Source: an uncultured Collinsella sp.
Lineage (GTDB): Bacteria > Actinomycetota > Coriobacteriia > Coriobacteriales > Coriobacteriaceae
Assembly: GCA_958415665.1 (NCBI GenBank)
Contig: CATYZK010000004.1
Coordinates: 20,142 to 84,141 of the forward strand
Direction: 5' to 3'
Length of the DNA stretch: 64,000 nucleotides
A program made the translations under genes and the position numbers. Positions 20,319 to 29,016 of this stretch are shown here, in pieces. Positions within the stretch are counted from its first letter, which is position 1; every line of letters starts with the position of its first letter. Below the pieces are notes generated by a model. That model ran no database searches. It was not told where the DNA came from and saw only the letters and a program-made list of their open reading frames with translations.

Positions 20319-21188
20319 TTACTCGCCACGGACCAGACGGTTAAAGGCAACGACGGTAATGGTGTCGCCGAGCTCCTTGGAGACCTGCTCAGCGTACTTC
20401 TTGATGGTGAGGGAGCTGTCCTTGATGAACTCCTGCTCGGTGAGCACGGACTGCTTGTAGAACTTCTCCAGACGGCCAACAGCCATCTTCTCCTGGATAG
20501 CCTCGGGCTTGCCGGACTCGGCAGCCTGGGCCATGTAGATCTGCTTCTCGTGCTCGACGGTCTCGGCCGGAACCTGATCGCGGGTAGCGCAGATCGGTGC
20601 GACGGCGGCAACCTGAAGGGCAACGTCGTGAGCGAAGGTCTTGAAGGACTCAGCCTGAGCGGTCTCGGCCTTCTCGAAGGCGAACTCGACGAGGACGCCG
20701 ATCTTACCACCCATGTGGATGTAAGAAGCGAGCGCGCCGTTCTCGGCCTTGCGGGCGGCGAAGCGGGAAATCTTCATGTTCTCGCCCATGATGTGAATCA
20801 TCTCGGTGAGCTCGGAGGAAACGGTCTCCTCGCCCATCGGCTTCTCGAGCAGAGCATCGACATCGGCCGGCTCGGTGGTAGCGACAACCTCAGCGACCTT
20901 AGAAGCAAAGCCGGTGAACTTGGCGTTGGAGCCAACGAAGTCGGTCTCGCAGGAGAGCTCGAGCAGAGCGCCGGTCTTGCCATCCTCGGAGACGAACGCG
21001 GCGACAGCGCCCTCGTTGGTCTCACGGCCAGCCTTCTTGGCAGCCTTGGCAAGGCCGTTCTTACGCAGAACGTCGACAGCGGCGTCCATGTCGCCGTCAG
21101 CCTCGACGAGAGCCTTCTTGCACTCCATCATCGGGGAGTCGGTCATCTCGCGGAGCTGCTTGACCATAGCGGCGGTAATCTGGGCCAT
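20319..21188 (-). CDS. tsf: elongation factor Ts
   Basis: MAQITAAMVKQLREMTDSPMMECKKAL UBA-like N-terminus. Start set at ATG 21188. Confidence 0.96.
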   Translation of the reverse strand: MAQITAAMVKQLREMTDSPMMECKKALVEADGDMDAAVDVLRKNGLAKAAKKAGRETNEGAVAAFVSEDGKTGALLELSCETDFVGSNAKFTGFASKVAEVVATTEPADVDALLEKPMGEETVSSELTEMIHIMGENMKISRFAARKAENGALASYIHMGGKIGVLVEFAFEKAETAQAESFKTFAHDVALQVAAVAPICATRDQVPAETVEHEKQIYMAQAAESGKPEAIQEKMAVGRLEKFYKQSVLTEQEFIKDSSLTIKKYAEQVSKELGDTITVVAFNRLVRGE

Positions 21189-21233
21189 TGTGGTTCCTTT
21201 CAAAGAGATGAAAAAGAATTAACTAAGACTGAT

Positions 21234-21962
21234 TTACTCGGCCTTGGGCTCAGCGGCCATCTCGGCCTCGGAGACCTGCTCCTTGCCGGAGCCAGCGAGG
21301 CAGGCGTCAGCCATGAGCTCGCACATAAGGGTGACAGCGGAGATAGCGTCATCGTTGCAGGGGATGCCGTACTCGACCTCGTCGGGATCGGAGTTGGTGT
21401 CGATCAGAGCGACGACGGGGATGTTCAGGCGCTGGGCCTCCTTGATGGCGTTCTCCTCGCGCTTGGTGTCGATGACGAAGAGAGCCTGGGGCAGACCCTT
21501 CATGTCGCGGGCGCCACCGAGGTTGGTCTGGAGCTTGGTGAGCTCCTTGCCGAGCACAGCCTGCTCCTTCTTGGGGAGCACTGCCATGCGGCCGTCCTCG
21601 ACCATGGCCTCGAGCTCCTCCATGCGGTTGATGCGGGAGCGGATGGTGACGAAGTTGGTCAGCATGCCGCCGAGCCAACGCTGGTTGATGTAAGGCATGT
21701 TGGCGCGCTCAGCAGCGTTCTTGACGGCCTCCTGAGCCTGCTTCTTGGTGCCGACGAACAGCACGTTGCCGCCCTTGGCGACGTTCTTGACGAAGGTGTA
21801 GGCCTGGTCGGCGTCGAGGATGGTCTGCTTGAGGTCGAGGATGTAGATGCCGTTGCGCTCACCGAAGATGAACGGCTTCATCTTGGGGTTCCAGCGACGG
21901 GTCTGGTGACCGAAGTGGCAGCCGGCCTCGAGCAGGGTGCGGATATTAATCTTGGTAGCCAT
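21234..21962 (-). CDS. rpsB: 30S ribosomal protein S2
   Basis: [19 protein letters not shown] signature. Confidence 0.97.
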   Translation of the reverse strand: MATKINIRTLLEAGCHFGHQTRRWNPKMKPFIFGERNGIYILDLKQTILDADQAYTFVKNVAKGGNVLFVGTKKQAQEAVKNAAERANMPYINQRWLGGMLTNFVTIRSRINRMEELEAMVEDGRMAVLPKKEQAVLGKELTKLQTNLGGARDMKGLPQALFVIDTKREENAIKEAQRLNIPVVALIDTNSDPDEVEYGIPCNDDAISAVTLMCELMADACLAGSGKEQVSEAEMAAEPKAE

Positions 21963-22181
21963 GTTAAACCTCCTGTGGTTTGCCTCCGCGCGGGGTCATC
22001 CTCCAAAACCAACCCGGACATGTGCTACCAAAGCCCGGGCACCACGGTATGAAGTAGCCGCGCGTGCGTGATAAAAACCTGTTGCCGTGAAGCAACCCGA
22101 TGAATGATAGCAGGAATGCATCTTCCTGCCAACCCGCAATCAAAACCACACACCTGAGCGCGGCGCGGGACGTCCAAGCCA

Positions 22182-23102
22182 CTATTCGCCGCGGGGATGG
22201 GCTTGAGCCACAGCCCGCTTAAGCCGATCGGGTGTGAGATGCGTGTAGATCTGCGTCGTGGACAGGCTCGCATGGCCCAGCAGCTCTTGAACCGAGCGCA
22301 GGTCCGCACCGCCCTCGAGCAAGTCGGTCGCAAAGGTATGGCGCATCGCATGCGGGGCGATGTCGGCCGGAATGCCGGCGAGCGTCGCCAGCGTATGGAA
22401 CCGCCGCCGGAGGATGGCGGCGCTCATGCGATTGCCGCGCGCCGATATAAGCAGCGGATGCGGCCCGGTAGCGAGGTCACGGCGCTTTGCCTGAGCAAGC
22501 AACTCCGGCCTCCCCTCCTCAATATAGAGACGCGTCACCTCGAGCGCACGACGATACAGGGGGACGATACGTTCCTTGCCCCCCTTGCCCCACAGGCGCA
22601 ACGTGCGTTCGGACCAAGCGATGGACTCCACATTGAGTGCTGCGAGCTCAGAGATACGGGCGCCAGATGCATAGAGCAGCTCGAGCATCGCCGCATCGCG
22701 CAGTCCCGCAGGCGTCGATGTATCAGGCGTCTTGAGCAGCGCCTCGACCTGCAGGGTCGTAAGGACGCCCGGCAGGTCACGCGGCAGCTTGGGCGATGCG
22801 ATCGCCGAGACCGCATCGCCCTCGACAATCCCCTCGGCAGCCATCCAACGATAGAGCGATCGGATAGCCGACAGGTGCGCCGCAAGCGTTCGGGGAGCCA
22901 ACTGCTCACGCGAAAGCTCGGCAAGATAGCGACGAATGGTGCGCACGTCGGCAGCGAATGCATCGATATCCTCGCGCTCGCACCAGGCAGCGAAGCGCTC
23001 CAGCCTCGAGCCATAGGCCGTCACCGTGTTGGGAGAAAGTCCCTCGACGCGTGCGATATAGGCGATAAACGAGTCGACGGTGTCGTACAGGTCAAAGGCT
23101 AT
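22182..23102 (-). CDS. xerC: tyrosine recombinase XerC/XerD family
   Basis: C-terminal R...HxxR...Y catalytic set (ARISEL, HAMRHTFAT, LGHASLSTTQIYTH). The conserved N-terminal helix (DSFIAYIARVEGLSPNTVTAYGSRLE) lies upstream of the first canonical start (GTG 23024). The 5' end is drawn at ATA 23102, which has GGAGG 9 nt upstream. See findings. Confidence 0.8.
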   Translation of the reverse strand: MAFDLYDTVDSFIAYIARVEGLSPNTVTAYGSRLERFAAWCEREDIDAFAADVRTIRRYLAELSREQLAPRTLAAHLSAIRSLYRWMAAEGIVEGDAVSAIASPKLPRDLPGVLTTLQVEALLKTPDTSTPAGLRDAAMLELLYASGARISELAALNVESIAWSERTLRLWGKGGKERIVPLYRRALEVTRLYIEEGRPELLAQAKRRDLATGPHPLLISARGNRMSAAILRRRFHTLATLAGIPADIAPHAMRHTFATDLLEGGADLRSVQELLGHASLSTTQIYTHLTPDRLKRAVAQAHPRGE

Positions 23103-24436
23103 GACCGGTCGCCTCCAAACAGATCGAGGCGAGTAGACAGATAGGCGTCAAGGGCCTCGAGCGCACGGTCCGCATAGGCCTGGTAGCGGTCGCGCTTGCT
23201 GCGGCGCTTACCATCCTCGAGTGGCGGCACCAGGCCAAAGTTGACATGCATGGGCTGATAGCCCACGGTGGCAGGATCGGTCGCATAGCCCACGAGCGCA
23301 CCCAGGGCACCCACACGCGGCAACTCGACGCCCGCGGCACCGATAGCATCGGCATAGGTGTTGAGCGCCGCGAGCAGACCTGTCGCCACGGCTTCCATGT
23401 ACCCCTCGGTGCCGGTGATCTGACCGGCCAGGCGCACACCGGTACCGGGCACGGCAAAGGTGCCATCGAGCACATGCGGGGCGTCGACAAAAGTATTGCG
23501 GTGCATGACACCGTAGCGGAAGAACTCAGCGTTCTCCAGGCCCGGCACCATATGGAAGACGCGCTTCTGCTCGCCAAAGGTCAGGTTGGTCTGGAAGCCC
23601 ACCAGGTTATAGGCGGTCTTCTCCTTGTTCTCGGCACGCAGCTGAATCGCCGCCCAGGGGCGACGTCCGGTACGCGGGTCGGTGAGGCCGACGGGCTTCA
23701 TGGCACCAAAGCGGATGGCATCCTTGCCCGTGCGCGCGACCTCCTCGGCGGGCTGGCAGGCCTGGAACAGATCGCCGCCCTCAAAGTCTTTGAGCACCAC
23801 GCGGTCGGCCGTGGTAAGCGCCTCGATAAAGGCCTCGTACTCCTCCTTGTTGAGCGGAGCGTTAAGATAGTCGCCGCTCCCCTGCTCCTCGTAGCGCGAC
23901 TGCGAGAACAGCACGTCCATATCGAGCGTGGAGGCATCGACGATCGGCGCCGCGGCATCGAAGAACGCCAGGGCGTCGCCACCGACAAGCTTCATGACTT
24001 CCTCGCTCAACGCCGGCGAGCACAAGGGGCCCGCGGCAATGACCACATGGCCCTCGGGAATCTGCGTGACCTCGCCGTGAACGACTTCGATATTGGGTCG
24101 GGCGGCAACTTCGGCCTCGACAAGCTCGGAAAACTTGCCGCGGTCGACCGCCAAGGCGCCACCGGCGGGAACAGCCGCGCGATGGGCGCAATCGAGCAGG
24201 ACTGAACCCATGCGCTCAAGCTCGGCCTTCAGCAAACCAGCCGCGGAATCCGGACGGGTCGACTTAAACGAATTGGAACAGACGAGCTCTGCCAGGTGAT
24301 CGGTATGGTGGGCCGGGGAGCTCACCTGGGGGCGCATCTCGCACAGCTTTACGGCAAACCCGCGGTCTGCCAGCTGGATCGCACATTCCGAACCCGCCAG
24401 ACCGCCACCGATAACCGTCACCTGATCAAACAGCAT
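23099..24436 (-). CDS. trmFO: methylenetetrahydrofolate--tRNA-(uracil-5-)-methyltransferase TrmFO
   Basis: VTVIGGGLAGSECA FAD motif and family-wide similarity. ATG 24436 is preferred (GAAAGGTG 7 nt upstream). Confidence 0.93.
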   Translation of the reverse strand: MLFDQVTVIGGGLAGSECAIQLADRGFAVKLCEMRPQVSSPAHHTDHLAELVCSNSFKSTRPDSAAGLLKAELERMGSVLLDCAHRAAVPAGGALAVDRGKFSELVEAEVAARPNIEVVHGEVTQIPEGHVVIAAGPLCSPALSEEVMKLVGGDALAFFDAAAPIVDASTLDMDVLFSQSRYEEQGSGDYLNAPLNKEEYEAFIEALTTADRVVLKDFEGGDLFQACQPAEEVARTGKDAIRFGAMKPVGLTDPRTGRRPWAAIQLRAENKEKTAYNLVGFQTNLTFGEQKRVFHMVPGLENAEFFRYGVMHRNTFVDAPHVLDGTFAVPGTGVRLAGQITGTEGYMEAVATGLLAALNTYADAIGAAGVELPRVGALGALVGYATDPATVGYQPMHVNFGLVPPLEDGKRRSKRDRYQAYADRALEALDAYLSTRLDLFGGDRS

Positions 24437-24450
24437 CTGCAAACACCTTT

Positions 24451-25386
24451 CTAATTGACACGTTTTCCATTGTGACCGAAGGGTGTCTGGGCGTGAAGGG
24501 CAAACTTGGAGGGCGCATACCTTCCATCCATCATGCGTTCGATGAGGCCCTCGAGCTCCAGCGAGCCCAGGAGCTTAAGAACACCGACGGCATCGAACGA
24601 GACGAGCGCGGCAATGTCGTCGACCTTGAGCGGCGACGCGATAAGCGCATGCATCACGGCCTGTTGCACAGGGTCCAGATCGGCGATACCGGGCGCATCG
24701 GGGCGCGAGTAGCGCAGGGTGCCGTAGATGCGCGAGATGGCCATCTCGATGGATTCCTCGTCCACGATGCAGCACGCTCCGTTGGCGATGAGGTAATTGG
24801 TGCCGCGCGACTCGGGCGACAGAATGGAACCCGGCACCGCAAGCAGTTCGCGACCCAGGTCCATAGCGGCCTCGGCCGTCGAGAACGTACCCGAGGGCAT
24901 GCCCGCCTCGGAAACAAAGAGCGCCTGCGACAGCGCGGCGATGATGCGATTACGCCGCGGGAAGGCAAACTTGCGCGGACCCATGCCCCACGGCGAGATC
25001 GACACGACCGCACCGCCCGTATCGAGCGTACGCGTGATGAGACCGGCACTTGAGCGCGGGTAGACCACGTCGGCGCCCGTCCCCAGCACCACAACGTGTT
25101 TGCCGCCGGCATTGACCGCGGCCCAACCCGACGCCTGGTCGCAACCGACCGCGCCACCCGAGACCACCGTGACGCCCGCCTCAACCGCGACCTTGGCAGC
25201 AAGTTCTGCCACAGCGAGACCGTACGGCGACGCCTTGCGCGCGCCGATGATGGAGAGCGCAGGCGTCGATAACACATCAGGGTCACCACGCACATAGAGC
25301 GTCTGGGGCACATCGGAAAGCTCCAGAACAGTTGCTGGATACAGAGCGTCCCCGGGATGGAACTCGAAGATCCCCTCTGCCATCAT
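24451..25386 (-). CDS. dprA: DNA-processing protein DprA
   Basis: IIGARKASPYG...VSGGAVGCDQ Rossmann-like DprA core. Start at ATGATG 25386, overlapping the comM stop. Confidence 0.9.
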   Translation of the reverse strand: MMAEGIFEFHPGDALYPATVLELSDVPQTLYVRGDPDVLSTPALSIIGARKASPYGLAVAELAAKVAVEAGVTVVSGGAVGCDQASGWAAVNAGGKHVVVLGTGADVVYPRSSAGLITRTLDTGGAVVSISPWGMGPRKFAFPRRNRIIAALSQALFVSEAGMPSGTFSTAEAAMDLGRELLAVPGSILSPESRGTNYLIANGACCIVDEESIEMAISRIYGTLRYSRPDAPGIADLDPVQQAVMHALIASPLKVDDIAALVSFDAVGVLKLLGSLELEGLIERMMDGRYAPSKFALHAQTPFGHNGKRVN

Positions 25387-26906
25387 TGGTCCCTCCTTCC
25401 CTGGTACATCGCCGCCTCGAGCACGTGGTCCTGCGTCACTTGCTCGCTCTCGGCGACATCTGCGATCGTGCGCGCGATACGCACCAGGCGCACGATGCCG
25501 CGGCCCGTGAGATGCGTGCGCTTCGACAGGCCGAGCACACACTTCTCCGCCGCATCATCGAGCTCAAAGGTCGAAACGACGCCGTCAATGGACCGCGTCT
25601 CATCATCCTCGGCCTCGGCATCCGCATCGTCCATACGGGATTCGCGCCAAGCGCGAAAAGCGCGACCGCGCACAACGTAGTCACGCAACTCGGCAGACGA
25701 CATACCCTCCGCACCCTCGATAATCACTTGGGGGTCGGGACGGGTCACATCGATCATCATGTCGATACGGTCGGCCAAAGGACCGCGCAGTTTAGACCGA
25801 TAACGCTCGACCATCGCCGCCGAGCAGCGACACGGCACCTCACGATCGCCCAAAAAGCCGCAGGGGCAGGGATTGCTCGCAGCCAGCAGCTGAAAGCGCG
25901 ACGGGAAGGTAAAGGCCCCGTCGACGCGTACGATCCTCACATAACCGCGTTCGATAGGCTGACGCAGCGTCTGCAGCACACCCGTGGGAAACTCGGCAAG
26001 CTCGTCCAAAAAGAGCACGCCGCCATGAGCAAGGCTGATCTCACCCGGGTGCACCGGGCGCCCGCCGCCGATAAGGCCTGCGGTCGAAATACTGTGGTGG
26101 GGACTGCGGAAGGGCCGATGACCTGCCAATAATCCATCGATGTTCTCGCCCAAGACCGAATGGATGCACAGCGCCTCCTGCTGATCCTCAACGGAAAGCT
26201 CGGGCAGGATGCCGGTCATACGACGGGCGAGCATCGTCTTGCCCGATCCCGGGGACCCGATCATAAGCAAACCGAGCTCACCTGCCGCCGCAAGCGCCAT
26301 GCCGCGTTTAGCGACTTCCTGCCCCAGCACGTCGGCATAGTCGAGTTCGGGCTCAAAGGTCGCCTCGACACCCTCAGAATCCAAGTAGTGCCGCGCGGCA
26401 TCGCCCATACCGTGGGCAAGTTGCGAGAGATGATCGATAAAGCCACAGTCCACGCCCGCGAGCGGCACATGCTGATCTGACCTGCCCGCGATAAAGGAAA
26501 GCCCCATATCGCGCGCGAGCAGCTGGAACGCCACCTCACCCTTGACGGGCAACACCGTACCGTCCAGACCAAGTTCGCCCGCGATAAGGCAACGATCAAG
26601 GTTGTCGCGGGGAATCTGCCCATCCGCCGCCAGCACCGCGATGGCGATGGGCAGATCAAAGCCGCTACCGGTCTTGCGAATATCGCCGGGCGCCAGATTG
26701 ACCGTAATGCCCGAGCGCGGGATCTCGAACCCGGCGGAGCGCATCGCACAGCGAATACGACCGCGTGACTCCATCACCTCCATACTCGGAATGCCGAGCA
26801 TCTGAATACCCGGAACGCCGCCGGCAAGCGAGACCTCGACCGTGACGGGAATCGCCTCGACGCCGCGGATGCAGGCCGCGTGAACGGCAAACGTCTCGAA
26901 CGCCAT
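25383..26906 (-). CDS. comM: YifB/ComM family Mg-chelatase-like ATPase
   Basis: N-terminal Lon-protease-like domain and an AAA+ core (LMIGSPGSGKTM, VLFLDELAEF). ATG 26906 overlaps the yraN stop (ATGA). Confidence 0.9.
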   Translation of the reverse strand: MAFETFAVHAACIRGVEAIPVTVEVSLAGGVPGIQMLGIPSMEVMESRGRIRCAMRSAGFEIPRSGITVNLAPGDIRKTGSGFDLPIAIAVLAADGQIPRDNLDRCLIAGELGLDGTVLPVKGEVAFQLLARDMGLSFIAGRSDQHVPLAGVDCGFIDHLSQLAHGMGDAARHYLDSEGVEATFEPELDYADVLGQEVAKRGMALAAAGELGLLMIGSPGSGKTMLARRMTGILPELSVEDQQEALCIHSVLGENIDGLLAGHRPFRSPHHSISTAGLIGGGRPVHPGEISLAHGGVLFLDELAEFPTGVLQTLRQPIERGYVRIVRVDGAFTFPSRFQLLAASNPCPCGFLGDREVPCRCSAAMVERYRSKLRGPLADRIDMMIDVTRPDPQVIIEGAEGMSSAELRDYVVRGRAFRAWRESRMDDADAEAEDDETRSIDGVVSTFELDDAAEKCVLGLSKRTHLTGRGIVRLVRIARTIADVAESEQVTQDHVLEAAMYQGRRDQ

Positions 26907-27391
26907 CACGACACCTGCCAATCGAATGCGTTGTACTGATGCTCGATCTCGGCGATATGCCCGCCGCGAATGGTGACACCCACGGCATCGAAGCGAATCG
27001 CCTTGAGCGGATAATGCTCCATGAGATAGCAACTTGCGATGCGGCGGTAACGGCGTTGCTTTTGGGCGTCCACGGCCTCCTCGGGAAAGACCCGCGTGTT
27101 GCAATCCAGTGCGACGCGTCTGGTCTTGACCTCGGCCATCACCACGACATCGTCGAGCTCATCTAGCAGCACCAGATCAGCCTCGCCCTCGGTGCAACGA
27201 TAACCCTGCTCCAGCAAGGTGTAGCCGCGCTCGTTAAAGTAGTCGATAGTGATCAGCTCGCCCAGCATGCCCAGCTCGCGGGGACTGAGTCCCTTGATAA
27301 ACTCGGGCGTCATCGCCCCGCAGTCGAGCTCGCCGTTTTCCCAACGCTCCTTGAGTTGCTGCGTCTTGCTCTTTTTGCTTGCGGCACTCAT
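26906..27391 (-). CDS. yraN: YraN family endonuclease-like protein (UPF0102)
   Basis: GEADLVLLD...VVMAEVKTRR restriction-endonuclease-like core. GGAGAC RBS upstream of ATG 27391. Confidence 0.8.
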   Translation of the reverse strand: MSAASKKSKTQQLKERWENGELDCGAMTPEFIKGLSPRELGMLGELITIDYFNERGYTLLEQGYRCTEGEADLVLLDELDDVVVMAEVKTRRVALDCNTRVFPEEAVDAQKQRRYRRIASCYLMEHYPLKAIRFDAVGVTIRGGHIAEIEHQYNAFDWQVS

Positions 27392-27580
27392 GGGGTCTCC
27401 TTTCCCGCACACTGCATTGCCCCGATGATGAGGGCACCTTTCATGCGGGTAAGTACCGGAAGCAAACCAAAAGCTGACCAAATGCCGTCAAAAAACGGGC
27501 CGTACGCAGCAATGGTGTTGCATACGGCCCGCTACCAGCAGGTTTATAAAACCCCAGAGGTCCCTGTCTCCACAATTGAC

Positions 27581-28369
27581 CTAGAAAAGGCGCTCAGTCT
27601 GCAGAAAGTTTCCGCAAAAGCTCACACGGTGCAGCGGACAAAGTCCATGTTTGCGAATGGCCTCGATATGCTCGGGGCTTGCATAGCCCTTCGACTCGGC
27701 CAGATGGTACTCGGGATACTCGGCGTCGTACTCGACCATCATCTCGTCACGCGTGACCTTGGCCATGATAGACGCCGCGGCGATGCAGGCGATTTTGGCA
27801 TCGCCCTTCACCACATCGCGCTCGTTAGGAACGGCGCCCAAGGGATTGCCATCCATGAGGACGCAGTCGGGCTCGAGTCCTGTATCGGCCACGGCGCCCG
27901 CAACGGCAGTACGGATAGCACGGGCCATGCCCATCTCATCGATATCCGCAGGCGCGATATGGCAAAAGCCGATGGCAGTCGCCACCTCGGCTATCTTCAC
28001 CGAGAGCAGCTCGCGGCGCGCTGGCGTGAGCTTTTTGGAATCGTTGATGCCCCAGATACGCGGCTCCATCGGAAGACACACGGCGCATACCGTCAAAGGG
28101 CCGGCCACCGATCCGCGACCCACCTCGTCGACACCAACGACCACCCCATCGCCGCCAAGCTCATGCATAAGCTCGTACATGTCATTGACGCGCTCGCGCT
28201 CGGCAAGCTCTTTGTCATGGCGTTTGAGGGCGCGTTCACAAGCCTTGATCACCTGCTGGCGCGGGTCCTCGCGATAATGCTCCACGAGGGCGGGAATCTC
28301 CTCGAACGTGGCGCTCGCCAACTCACCGGCAACCTGCGATGCCGAAACCGAGCTCGTCATGTTGGCCAT
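27581..28369 (-). CDS. rnhB: ribonuclease HII
   Basis: GVDEVGRGSVAGPL active-site motif. AAGGAGGG lies 6 nt upstream of ATG 28369. Confidence 0.92.
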   Translation of the reverse strand: MANMTSSVSASQVAGELASATFEEIPALVEHYREDPRQQVIKACERALKRHDKELAERERVNDMYELMHELGGDGVVVGVDEVGRGSVAGPLTVCAVCLPMEPRIWGINDSKKLTPARRELLSVKIAEVATAIGFCHIAPADIDEMGMARAIRTAVAGAVADTGLEPDCVLMDGNPLGAVPNERDVVKGDAKIACIAAASIMAKVTRDEMMVEYDAEYPEYHLAESKGYASPEHIEAIRKHGLCPLHRVSFCGNFLQTERLF

Positions 28370-28396
28370 ACCAGGCCCTCCTTGCATGCAAATCAG

Positions 28397-28428
28397 ATAA
28401 AAAGAAGGGCCACCCGAAGGTGACCCTT
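28397..28428 (-). terminator. rho-independent terminator after rplS (UUCG tetraloop)
   Basis: The minus strand reads AAGGGUCACC-UUCG-GGUGGCCCUU followed by CUUUUUAU. It ends 28 nt upstream of the rnhB ATG. Confidence 0.75.
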
Positions 28429-28462
28429 GTGTCCAAACGAGTGGACAGACGCTGCGATCTTC

Positions 28463-28810
28463 TTAGCGCTTCTCGGGGATGCGAGCAGCCTTGCCCACCT
28501 TGTCGCGGAGGTAGTACAGCTTGGCGCGACGGACGCGACCATGACGAACGACCTCGAGCTTGGCGATCTTGGGGCTGTGAAGCGGGAAGGTACGCTCAAC
28601 ACCGACACCGAAGGACATCTTGCGGACGGTGAAGGTCTCGCGGGCACCGGCGCCGGCCATGCGGATGACGTCGCCCTGGAAGACCTGGATGCGCTCGCGG
28701 TCGCCTTCCTTAATGCGGTAGTGAACCTTGACGTTGTCGGCGACGCGAACCTGAGGAATGTCCTCGCGGATCTGCTGACGCTCGATTGCGCGGATGTAAT
28801 CCATGTGCAA
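28463..28810 (-). CDS. rplS: 50S ribosomal protein L19
   Basis: 115 aa. FQGDVIRM...FTVRK...[13 protein letters not shown] signature. Confidence 0.96.
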   Translation of the reverse strand: MHMDYIRAIERQQIREDIPQVRVADNVKVHYRIKEGDRERIQVFQGDVIRMAGAGARETFTVRKMSFGVGVERTFPLHSPKIAKLEVVRHGRVRRAKLYYLRDKVGKAARIPEKR

Positions 28811-28873
28811 TTCCTTACTCTTCTAGAGGTGCCGTACCACCTTGGCCGGCACGTAGTTGAACAAACGTATTCG

Positions 28874-28901
28874 AGTATACACGCGCGGGTTTCTGCTGCA
28901 A
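28874..28901 (-). promoter_or_regulatory. sigma-70-like promoter upstream of rplS
   Basis: The minus strand reads TTGCAG, 16-nt spacer, TATACT. The predicted leader is about 55 nt. Confidence 0.45.
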
Positions 28902-28940
28902 GAACAATTTTTTACGCAGACAAAAAGACAAAAACCGGCA

Positions 28941-28976
28941 CATAATAACCGCCCGCCTCACGAATGAGACGGGCGG
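28941..28976 (-). terminator. terminator hairpin after ppdK
   Basis: The minus strand reads CCGCCCGTCTCA-TTCG-TGAGGCGGGCGG followed by TTATTATG. Confidence 0.55.
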
Positions 28977-29016
28977 CATGAAGGGGGAGCTACGCTAGGC
29001 GTCTAAACCCAAAACG

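Noticed and set aside
21963-22181. Small ORFs (72 and 108 aa) and a possible ncRNA in the xerC-rpsB spacer
   Set aside because: The ORFs lack an RBS and overlap the expected rpsB promoter and leader. A hairpin (GCAGGAA-GATGCA-TTCCTGC, about 22102-22121) may be a weak xerC terminator. I could not match the region to SRP RNA, tmRNA, RNase P or any other known RNA signature.
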